Both the position numbers and the translations under genes were made by a program. Below the pieces are notes generated by a model. That model searched no databases. It was not told the origin of the DNA and was given only the letters and a program-made list of their open reading frames with translations. Shown piece by piece: positions 25,289-32,000 of a DNA stretch of 32,000 nt. Source of the stretch: Candidatus Velamenicoccus archaeovorus (GTDB lineage Bacteria > Omnitrophota > Gorgyraeia > Velamenicoccales > Velamenicoccaceae); NCBI RefSeq assembly GCF_004102945.1, contig NZ_CP019384.1:540001-572000 (forward strand). Reading direction: 5' to 3'. Every line of letters begins with the position of its first letter. The first letter of the stretch is position 1.

Positions 25289-26275
25289 ATGAAAAAAAAT
25301 GTTTTGATTACCGGGATCACGGGGTTTGTCGGCAGCCATCTCGCCGACTACATCTTTTCCCTTAATGACGGCAATATCGAGATCCACGGGACGCGGCGCT
25401 GGCGTTCTCCCGTCGAAAACATTGAACACATCATCGAGAAGATCCAGCTTCATTATTGCGAGCTTCTGGATGCCAAGTCCGTCCAGGACCTGATCGCTTC
25501 GGTCAGGCCGGACATCATCTTTCATTTGGCGGCCCAGTCTTATGTCATGACCAGCTTCAGCGCGCCCGTCAACACCCTGGAGACCAATATCTGCGGGACG
25601 GTCAATCTCCTGGAGGCGGTGCGTTACGCCAAGATCGATCCCGTCATCCACATCTGCAGTTCTTCGGAGGTTTACGGACAGGTGCGCGAGAACGAAGTCC
25701 CGATCAGGGAATCGCAGCTTTTCCGGCCGGCTTCGCCCTATGCGGTCAGCAAGGTAGGCGAGGATATGCTGGCGTTCCAATATGGCCTGTCTTATGGCTT
25801 GCGTATCATCACGACGCGCATGTTCACGCATACCGGCCCGCGCCGGGGGGAAGTTTTTGTCACCTCGGCGTTCGCCCGCCAGATCGCGCGGATCGAGGCC
25901 GGTATCCAGGAACCGGTCCTCAAGGTCGGCAATCTTGAGAGTGTCCGCACATTTGCCGACGTGCGGGACACGGTGCGCGCCTACTGGCTTCTCGTCCATA
26001 AGTGCAAGCCCGGCGAGGTCTACAACATCGGCGGAAGCGTTTCCATGACCGTTGGCGACATGCTCAATAAACTTTTGAGCATGACGGACAAAAAAATCGC
26101 CATCAAGGTCGATCCGGCGCTCCTGCGGCCGTCGGACGTGACGCTCCAGATCCCCGACTGCGCAAAGTTCAGGCAGGCGACGGGCTGGGAACCCGAGATA
26201 CCTTTTGAGAAGACGTTGAAAGATCTTCTGGATTTCTGGCGGGATTATTACGCCAGAAGGAAGAAAAGGGCGTAA
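25289..26275 (+). CDS. Gmd/Rmd-family SDR (GDP-mannose 4,6-dehydratase / GDP-4-keto-6-deoxy-D-mannose reductase family)
   Basis: VLITGITGFVGSHL, SSSEVYG, canonical PYAVSK (YxxxK), and FTHTGPRRGEVFVTSAFARQIARIE...VGNLESVRTFADVRD. SD AAGGAG 6 nt upstream of ATG 25289. Confidence 0.8.
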   Translation: MKKNVLITGITGFVGSHLADYIFSLNDGNIEIHGTRRWRSPVENIEHIIEKIQLHYCELLDAKSVQDLIASVRPDIIFHLAAQSYVMTSFSAPVNTLETNICGTVNLLEAVRYAKIDPVIHICSSSEVYGQVRENEVPIRESQLFRPASPYAVSKVGEDMLAFQYGLSYGLRIITTRMFTHTGPRRGEVFVTSAFARQIARIEAGIQEPVLKVGNLESVRTFADVRDTVRAYWLLVHKCKPGEVYNIGGSVSMTVGDMLNKLLSMTDKKIAIKVDPALLRPSDVTLQIPDCAKFRQATGWEPEIPFEKTLKDLLDFWRDYYARRKKRA

Positions 26276-26293
26276 GGATACGATCGAGGGGCC

Positions 26294-27562
26294 ATGGATA
26301 CGTCTGCAAGGAATCGCAGTATCTGCCTGTGGGGCATCCTTTCTGTTTTTCTTTTTTCCTGCGTACAGCCTGCCTGTGCTACCGCTACGCACACCAAAGC
26401 GTCCGAATGGAAAAGACGCAATGCCCATCTGGTCCCGGATGAAAAAGAAAACAAGGCGATCCTGGCCCTCGACCAGGATTACTCCGTTCCGTGGCGGACG
26501 GCCACGGACAGCGACGGGGATGGTGTGGACGATGTCTATGATCCTTCGCCCATGGACTGGCGCGAGAATGGCTATGATCCGTTTGCCGTCCTGGCATTCT
26601 TGAGCTGGTATCACGACTGGAATGCCTATAAATACGACTGCGACGCCCTGAAAAAGGTCGTCGATCTCATGAAGGATGCCGGCGTGGGGATGGTACGTTT
26701 CGATTTTTTGTGGCAAGATATCGAGCCGCGGCCCGGCGAACTCCATTTTGAGAAATACGACTATATCGTCGATCTTCTGACGGAACGCCAGGTCCGCGTC
26801 CTGGGGATCCTGGGCTATTCCGTCAGCTGGGCCGGCAAGGCCTGGAATTATCCTCCCTACGACGACGAGACTTTTGTCCGTTATGTCCGCCAAGTCATTT
26901 CCCGTTACAAAAACAAGATCAAGTATTGGGAGATCTGGAATGAGCCGGATTCGAGGACTTACTGGGTCCCTCAGGACGACATGAAGCGTTATACGGAGCT
27001 CCTCAAGAAAGTGTACGAGGCCGCCAAGGCCGTCGACCCATCCTGCAAGATCGTCTTGGGCGGCATGACGAACAGCGGTTATTATGCGATCAAGAACGTC
27101 TATCGCAACGGAGGAAAGGATTATTTTGATGTCGTCAATATCCATCCTTTCGCCAATCCTTTGCGCGCCAAAGCCATGATGGACGTCCTGGCGATATACC
27201 GCAATGTCCGCCGCGAGATGGACAAAAACGGCGACCAGGACAAGAAGATATGGTTTACGGAGATCGGCGCGCCCGGCGTTGAGCGGCCCAATAAGGAGAA
27301 TGCCTGGTGGGAAGGCATAAGCCCGACGGAAAAACAACAGGCCGCATGGGTGACGGATGTATATGGGCGGCTGACGGGCTTAGACGATGTCGAGAAGGTC
27401 TTTTGGGCGTTTTTCCGGGACAACCTGGGACATTTCAAAAGCGGCGTCGATTTCTTCGGCCTGGTCCGCTGGGATTTTACGCCCAAGCCGTCGTTTTTCG
27501 CCTATAAAAAACGTGCGCACGCCGTCATGGATGAGTGGCGTCCTTTCCGGGGGGAGCCGTAA
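26294..27562 (+). CDS. Clan GH-A glycoside hydrolase (GH5/GH39-like), probable lipoprotein
   Basis: Signal/lipobox-like LSVFLFSC. Acid/base motif KYWEIWNEPD and nucleophile motif KIWFTEIG. An Asp-rich DSDGDGVDDVYDP calcium-binding-type repeat sits near the N-terminus. Confidence 0.7.
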   Translation: MDTSARNRSICLWGILSVFLFSCVQPACATATHTKASEWKRRNAHLVPDEKENKAILALDQDYSVPWRTATDSDGDGVDDVYDPSPMDWRENGYDPFAVLAFLSWYHDWNAYKYDCDALKKVVDLMKDAGVGMVRFDFLWQDIEPRPGELHFEKYDYIVDLLTERQVRVLGILGYSVSWAGKAWNYPPYDDETFVRYVRQVISRYKNKIKYWEIWNEPDSRTYWVPQDDMKRYTELLKKVYEAAKAVDPSCKIVLGGMTNSGYYAIKNVYRNGGKDYFDVVNIHPFANPLRAKAMMDVLAIYRNVRREMDKNGDQDKKIWFTEIGAPGVERPNKENAWWEGISPTEKQQAAWVTDVYGRLTGLDDVEKVFWAFFRDNLGHFKSGVDFFGLVRWDFTPKPSFFAYKKRAHAVMDEWRPFRGEP

Positions 27563-27569
27563 ATTTCCC

Positions 27570-28343
27570 ATGATTGATCTTATTGACGCCCATTGCCATA
27601 TGCAGGATGAAAGGATCAAAGGGGACCTGCGGTCTCTGGTGAGTCGGGCCAAAGACAAGGGCGTGCATCGCCTGGTATGCTGCGGTTCGGAGGAAAGCGA
27701 CTGGGAAGCCGTGGCCGCGCTCAAAGAACAGTACCCTTGCGAGATCATTCCTTCTTTTGGATTGCATCCCTGGTATATCAAAGACCGTTCTGCGAAATGG
27801 CTGGAGAATTTGGAAGGGTTCCTCAAGCGCATGCCATCAGGCGTCGGGGAGATCGGACTGGACCACGGGCTCAAGGATTTCGACGAGCAGGACCAAAGGG
27901 AGGTTTTTCTGGCGCAATTGGCGCTGGCACGCACGTACCGTCGGCCCGTATCGATCCATTGCCGCAGGGCCTGGGATGTTTTGCTGGATGTCTTGAAGGA
28001 TTTCGGCCCGTTGGATGCCGGCGGTGTCATTCATTCCTATTCAGGGAGTGCGGAGATGGTGCCGTCTCTGCAAATTTACGGCCTTTATTTTTCTTTTTCC
28101 TGTTCGATCACGCGTTCAGGCAATACACGGGGCCGCCGCGCCCTGCAGGCCGTTCCCAGAGATAGGCTTTTGATCGAAACAGATTCGCCGGATATTCCGC
28201 CTGCCGGCTTAACGGGTTTGAATGAGCCGTCGCATCTGCTTTTGGTGGCCCAAGCCGTGTCTGAAATCATTGGAGTCTCCATGGATGACGTTGCGGCCAT
28301 GACGAGCGCCAACGCCACGGCGCTTTTCGGATCTCTGGCTTAG
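27570..28343 (+). CDS. TatD-family metal-dependent hydrolase/DNase
   Basis: MIDLIDAHCHM, GEIGLD, SIHCR, HSYSGS and ETDSP are the classic TatD motifs. The ORF is open upstream, but ATG 27570 follows the previous stop. Confidence 0.9.
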   Translation: MIDLIDAHCHMQDERIKGDLRSLVSRAKDKGVHRLVCCGSEESDWEAVAALKEQYPCEIIPSFGLHPWYIKDRSAKWLENLEGFLKRMPSGVGEIGLDHGLKDFDEQDQREVFLAQLALARTYRRPVSIHCRRAWDVLLDVLKDFGPLDAGGVIHSYSGSAEMVPSLQIYGLYFSFSCSITRSGNTRGRRALQAVPRDRLLIETDSPDIPPAGLTGLNEPSHLLLVAQAVSEIIGVSMDDVAAMTSANATALFGSLA

Positions 28344-28417
28344 GCCTACCCGGGTTTTCGTGCTATATGGCGGATACACAGGAATTGACCTGACGGCTTG
28401 TTTTGCGGGAGTGGCCT

Positions 28418-29104
28418 ATGGGCAGGATACGCGTTATTTCTTATGAAGACCGTATTTTTCAGGATCGCAGGGAAGCCGGCAGGTTTCTGTCGGAGGCGTT
28501 GAAAAAATTCCAGGGGAGGGATGCCCTTGTTCTTGGTATTCCGCGCGGCGGCCTTGTCGTGGCTGCAGAGATCGCCAGGGCGATCGGCGCAGACATGGAT
28601 GCCGCTCTAACGCGGAAGATCGGCGCGCCGCTTCAACCTGAATTGGCCATCGGCGCTCTTTCGGAAAGCGGACAGATTTATCTGAACAGCGCTCTGGCGG
28701 CCCAGGTGGGAGCCGATGAGGAGTATATCGAACAAGAGAAGGCGCGGCAGGCAGGCGTCATCAAGGAACGCGCACAGCAGTACAGAAAAGTCAGGCCGAA
28801 GGCCTCTGTTACGGACCGCTTGGTGATCGTGACGGATGATGGTGCGGCCACAGGCGCGACCATGTTGGCAACGCTCTGGTCGTTGAGACAGGAGAAACCG
28901 CAACGTCTCATCGCCGCCCTGCCTGTCGTATCGGGCGATGCCGTCGAAATCCTTGCCGGTGCCGCCGACGAGCTCGTTGTCCTGCAGGTGCCGATGTATC
29001 TGGCCGGGATCAGCCAGTTTTACGGTGATTTTTCGCAGACAAGCGACGATGAAGTTGTGGGTATCCTCAAGGAATTCGCGGCGCGCCGCGGCAGGAAGTT
29101 GTGA
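28418..29104 (+). CDS. Phosphoribosyltransferase-family protein
   Basis: VLGIPRGGLVVAAEIA and the PRPP-binding loop LVIVTDDGAATGATM. ATG at 28418; the ORF track uses TTG 28403. Confidence 0.75.
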   Translation: MGRIRVISYEDRIFQDRREAGRFLSEALKKFQGRDALVLGIPRGGLVVAAEIARAIGADMDAALTRKIGAPLQPELAIGALSESGQIYLNSALAAQVGADEEYIEQEKARQAGVIKERAQQYRKVRPKASVTDRLVIVTDDGAATGATMLATLWSLRQEKPQRLIAALPVVSGDAVEILAGAADELVVLQVPMYLAGISQFYGDFSQTSDDEVVGILKEFAARRGRKL

Positions 29105-29182
29105 GGGAATTATGTCTCGCGATGGCTCGGTCTTTGAAGCCGGCAAGCTCAGCGGTTCTCCGAAAGATTTTCAGGAGAAGGC

Positions 29183-29950
29183 ATGAAAGAGGATCCGGGG
29201 CGTTTTTCCAGGACCGCTTTATTGCTCGGGAAAGATGCAGTCCACCGTTTTAAGCAAAGCTCTGTGGTTGTCGTCGGACTGGGTGCCGTGGGGTCTTTTG
29301 CCCTGGAGGCCCTGGCACGCGCAGGAGTGGGGTCTTTTTCCCTCGTCGATTTCGACGAGGTCAAGCCCACGAATTTCAACCGTCAGCTCTTTGCCTTGGA
29401 GTCTACCTTAGGTAAATCCAAGACAAAGGTCGCCTGCGAGCGGGTCCTTGATATCAATCCGCATTGCCAAGTCGTGGCGCAGCATGTCTTTGCCGGCCCG
29501 GAAAATTTAAGCGAGCTCCTGGATCCGGCCCCGGATGCGGTGATCGACGCCATCGACAGCTTGAATCCCAAAACAGAACTCCTTAAATTCTGCGTCATCC
29601 ATGGGATCCCCGTTGTTTCTTCCATGGGCGCCTGCGACAAGACAGACCCTTTTTGCATCCGTGTCGCCGACATTTCCGAGACGAGAATTTGTCCTTTGGC
29701 CCGCAGGATCCGTAAGCGTCTCAAGAAGAACGGTATTCATGAAGGGATTGTGTGTGTTTACGGGATCCAGAACCCTCGTGGGACCTTGGGCGAAGAAGGG
29801 GACGAAGAGATACTAAGGAGAGGCCGCAAGCGCACGCCGCGCGGCTCTATTGGCTATATGACAGGCATGTTCGGCCTTGTTGCCGCTTGCGAAGTCTTGA
29901 AGATCCTGGCAGGAGGGTCTTTGGAGTCTGTCTTCGGCCCAGGGGCGTGA
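29183..29950 (+). CDS. tcdA: tRNA threonylcarbamoyladenosine dehydratase (ThiF/MoeB-family E1-like)
   Basis: VVVVGLGAVGSFALEALARAGVGSFSLVDFDEVKPTNFNRQ, DAIDS and ARRIRKRLKK are typical of TcdA/CsdL. Confidence 0.8.
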   Translation: MKEDPGRFSRTALLLGKDAVHRFKQSSVVVVGLGAVGSFALEALARAGVGSFSLVDFDEVKPTNFNRQLFALESTLGKSKTKVACERVLDINPHCQVVAQHVFAGPENLSELLDPAPDAVIDAIDSLNPKTELLKFCVIHGIPVVSSMGACDKTDPFCIRVADISETRICPLARRIRKRLKKNGIHEGIVCVYGIQNPRGTLGEEGDEEILRRGRKRTPRGSIGYMTGMFGLVAACEVLKILAGGSLESVFGPGA

Positions 29951-30060
29951 AGTTTTGCAGGCATGACCTCGGTTGAAAAATGGCTCAGAAGATGACATAA
30001 TGTGCTGGAATATTTGAAGAAGGAGCGGGCGCAGTCTTTTGATTTTGCGGGAGAAAAAGC

Positions 30061-30363
30061 ATGAAGGGGTCGAAAGTTTACATGGTGATAGAGACCAAGA
30101 TCAAGGACAAGGAAAAATACGGCCGGTATGTCGATGAAGTTTATGATATCGTGCGCCGTCATGGCGGCCGTTATCTGGTCAGGGGCGGCCGCGTCACGCC
30201 CATGTTCGGAGGCTGGACGCCGGAACGGATGGTTGTGATCGCGTTCGATTCGCCGGAGGATTTAAAGAAGTGTTTCACATCTCCGGAATATTTGGCGGTT
30301 GCACCTTTGAGGGAGACGTCGACCGAAACCAGGTCCGTCATCTTGGAGGGGTGCCAGCCATGA
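30061..30363 (+). CDS. DUF1330 domain protein
   Basis: 100 aa. YMVIETKIKDKEKYGRYV...GGRYLVRGG...ERMVVIAFDSPEDLKKCFTSPEY matches the DUF1330 pattern. Confidence 0.75.
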   Translation: MKGSKVYMVIETKIKDKEKYGRYVDEVYDIVRRHGGRYLVRGGRVTPMFGGWTPERMVVIAFDSPEDLKKCFTSPEYLAVAPLRETSTETRSVILEGCQP

Positions 30364-31223
30364 GGGTCGCCGAAGGCATCCATGCTTTAAAGATCCCATT
30401 CCGGCTTCCCGCCGGACCGGATAATTTCCTGGAACGGTTTGTTTATTGTTATCTGGTGTGCGGCGATACCGTCTGCTTGATCGACAGCGGCGTTGCAGGG
30501 AGCCAAGAGATCATTTTTGATTATCTCGCATCTATCGGCCGCAAGCCGGAGGATATTTCCATCTTGGTCCTGACGCATAGCCATCCGGACCATATGGGCG
30601 CCGCGCATGCAATCCGGGAAGCCACGGCGTGCACGGTGGCGGCGCATCTCTCGGAGAAAAACTGGATAGAAGATATCGATTTGCAGTTCAGGGAAAGGCC
30701 GGTGGCTGGTTTTGAGACACTTGTCGCCGCCCCCGTCAAGGTCGATCGGGTACTTAAAGACGGAGATGTCCTGGGATTGGGGGGCGGTTTTGACATGGAG
30801 GTTTTTCATACGCCGGGGCATTCCAGGGGCTCGCTATCATTGTTCTTGCGCAAGCAGAAGGTGCTGTTCTGTGCGGATGCCGTCCTCCTGCCGGGACAAC
30901 TGCCTATTTATGACGACAATGAAGCATGCGTGCGGTCTGTCAATAAGTTGAAATATATGCGAGGTGTCGAGATCTTGCTTTCTTCCTGGGATGAGCCGAA
31001 ACGGGGTCCCGAGGTGCTCCGGGCCTTGGATGAGAGTCTTATTTTTCTTCGAAGCATTCAGCGGGCGGTGTTTGAGGTGATCAACGAGTATCCGACGGCG
31101 GACCTGATGGCCATGTGCGGACAAGTGGTCAGGATCATGGGCTTGCCGCCAGCGGCGCTCAATCCCCTGGTGGCCAGGTCATTGGCGTCGAGCCTTGAGA
31201 AAAAACGGCCGCGCGGACACTAA
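30360..31223 (+). CDS. MBL-fold metallo-hydrolase
   Basis: LVLTHSHPDHMGA (HxHxDH) and HTPGHS. ATGA overlap with the DUF1330 stop. Confidence 0.8.
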   Translation: MRVAEGIHALKIPFRLPAGPDNFLERFVYCYLVCGDTVCLIDSGVAGSQEIIFDYLASIGRKPEDISILVLTHSHPDHMGAAHAIREATACTVAAHLSEKNWIEDIDLQFRERPVAGFETLVAAPVKVDRVLKDGDVLGLGGGFDMEVFHTPGHSRGSLSLFLRKQKVLFCADAVLLPGQLPIYDDNEACVRSVNKLKYMRGVEILLSSWDEPKRGPEVLRALDESLIFLRSIQRAVFEVINEYPTADLMAMCGQVVRIMGLPPAALNPLVARSLASSLEKKRPRGH

Positions 31224-31260
31224 TTTTCTACGGCTAGGGCCACGGACTCCAGAGGTCGGC

Positions 31261-31980
31261 ATGGACAACAGCTTGAAGATCGAAAATCTGACGGTGGAAG
31301 TGGGCGGCCGGGTGATCTTGGAAGATCTTAACCTGGAGATTTCCCCGGGCAGCACCCTTGTTTTGTTCGGGCCCAACGGTTCCGGAAAATCCACGTTGAT
31401 CAAGGCCATCATGGGGTTCGAGAATTATGCGATCACCCACGGGAAGATCGTCTTCGGAGGAGAGGTGATCAACGGTTTGTCGACGGATGAACGCGCCAAA
31501 AAAGGCATCGGCGTCCTTTTCCAGAACCCGCCGAAGATCAGGGGGATCAAGTTACGCCAGATGGTGGAGCTGGTCACACGGCGGCCGGCGCAGGAAGATA
31601 TCTTTGTCGATAAGCTCAACGTCGGGGAGTTGATGGACAGGGATCTGAATGTGAATTTTTCCGGGGGAGAGATGAAGCGTTCTGAATTGCTCCAGGTTTT
31701 GTCTCAGCGGCCGAAGCTCCTGCTTCTGGATGAGCCGGAATCGGGCGTCGACATCGAAAATATCGCCATGATGGGCAGGGTACTCAACGCCTTTATCCGC
31801 GAGCATGCCGTGGCTTCGCTCATCATCACGCACACCGGTTATGTCCTGGATTATGTCGACGCCCAACACGCCTGCGTGTTGATGGACCGCGATATCCGCT
31901 GTTATGACGATCCGCGCAAGGTTTTTGAAGATATCCGTCAATTCGGTTATGAAAAGTGCCGCACCTGCCGAGGACAATGA
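31261..31980 (+). CDS. sufC: Fe-S cluster assembly ATPase SufC (ABC ATPase)
   Basis: Walker A GPNGSGKST, signature FSGGEMKRSELLQ, Walker B LLLLDEPESGVD, H-loop ITHT. Confidence 0.8.
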   Translation: MDNSLKIENLTVEVGGRVILEDLNLEISPGSTLVLFGPNGSGKSTLIKAIMGFENYAITHGKIVFGGEVINGLSTDERAKKGIGVLFQNPPKIRGIKLRQMVELVTRRPAQEDIFVDKLNVGELMDRDLNVNFSGGEMKRSELLQVLSQRPKLLLLDEPESGVDIENIAMMGRVLNAFIREHAVASLIITHTGYVLDYVDAQHACVLMDRDIRCYDDPRKVFEDIRQFGYEKCRTCRGQ

Positions 31981-31985
31981 ACTTT

Positions 31986-32000
31986 ATGGCTGATAAGGAT
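31986..32000 (+). CDS. Start of the next ORF (possibly a SufB/D-type gene), only 5 codons visible
   Basis: ATG 31986 lies 6 nt after the sufC stop. The identity is inferred only from typical suf operon order. Confidence 0.2.

Noticed and set aside
25184-27337. 717-aa ORF on the minus strand, the joint-longest ORF in the track
   Set aside because: It lies exactly antisense to two well-supported + strand genes (Gmd/Rmd-family SDR and GH-A hydrolase) that carry clear catalytic motifs. Its translation is Arg/Pro/Gly/Asp-rich with no recognisable domain. This is a typical shadow ORF in GC-rich coding sequence.

Overview
The window holds 35 credible protein-coding genes plus a 5-codon stub at the 3' edge. 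All are on the + strand and tightly packed, with several ATGA or short overlaps that suggest long operons. I found no rRNA, tRNA, CRISPR array, transposase or integrase. All long minus-strand ORFs look like antisense shadows of + strand genes.

Content in order:
1. Housekeeping or miscellaneous genes (1-3400): trxB 3' part, a flippase-like membrane protein, a NYN/YacP-like protein, DUF523 and an MBL hydrolase.
2. A UbiA-family polyprenyl-phosphate phosphoribosyltransferase-like gene, a perfect 80-bp tandem repeat, a large GT-C-like membrane protein and DUF362 (3428-7154).
3. pyrG with a promoter plus leader terminator hairpin, a small lipoprotein, an alpha-glucan phosphorylase and a PEBP/YbhB protein (7179-12059).
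4. A 340-bp strongly structured non-coding region, followed by a small membrane protein and two secreted coiled-coil proteins (12060-14421).
5. A 12-kb sugar-tailoring cluster (14534-26275), followed by a clan GH-A glycosidase lipoprotein. It contains:
   - an ArnT/PMT-like GT-C and a polyprenyl-phosphate GT2;
   - three Fcl-like SDRs, an RmlC-like epimerase and a Gmd/Rmd-family SDR;
   - an HddA-like GHMP kinase and two methyltransferases;
   - a split transketolase;
   - a low-GC GIY-YIG gene.
6. TatD, a PRTase, TcdA, DUF1330, an MBL hydrolase and SufC (27570-31980).

Most interesting to me:
- An Arn-like architecture: cytoplasmic GDP-sugar tailoring, then a polyprenyl-P GT2, then a periplasmic GT-C, with an embedded split transketolase and heptose-type kinase.
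- A second polyprenyl-phospho-pentose-type module (UbiA plus GT-C).
- Two families of dispersed, hairpin-rich intergenic elements sitting exactly at gene junctions. One appears as a perfect 2.5-copy 80-bp tandem array. Another is fused to Shine-Dalgarno sequences.

All functional calls rest on by-eye motif recognition. No database search or folding computation was possible.
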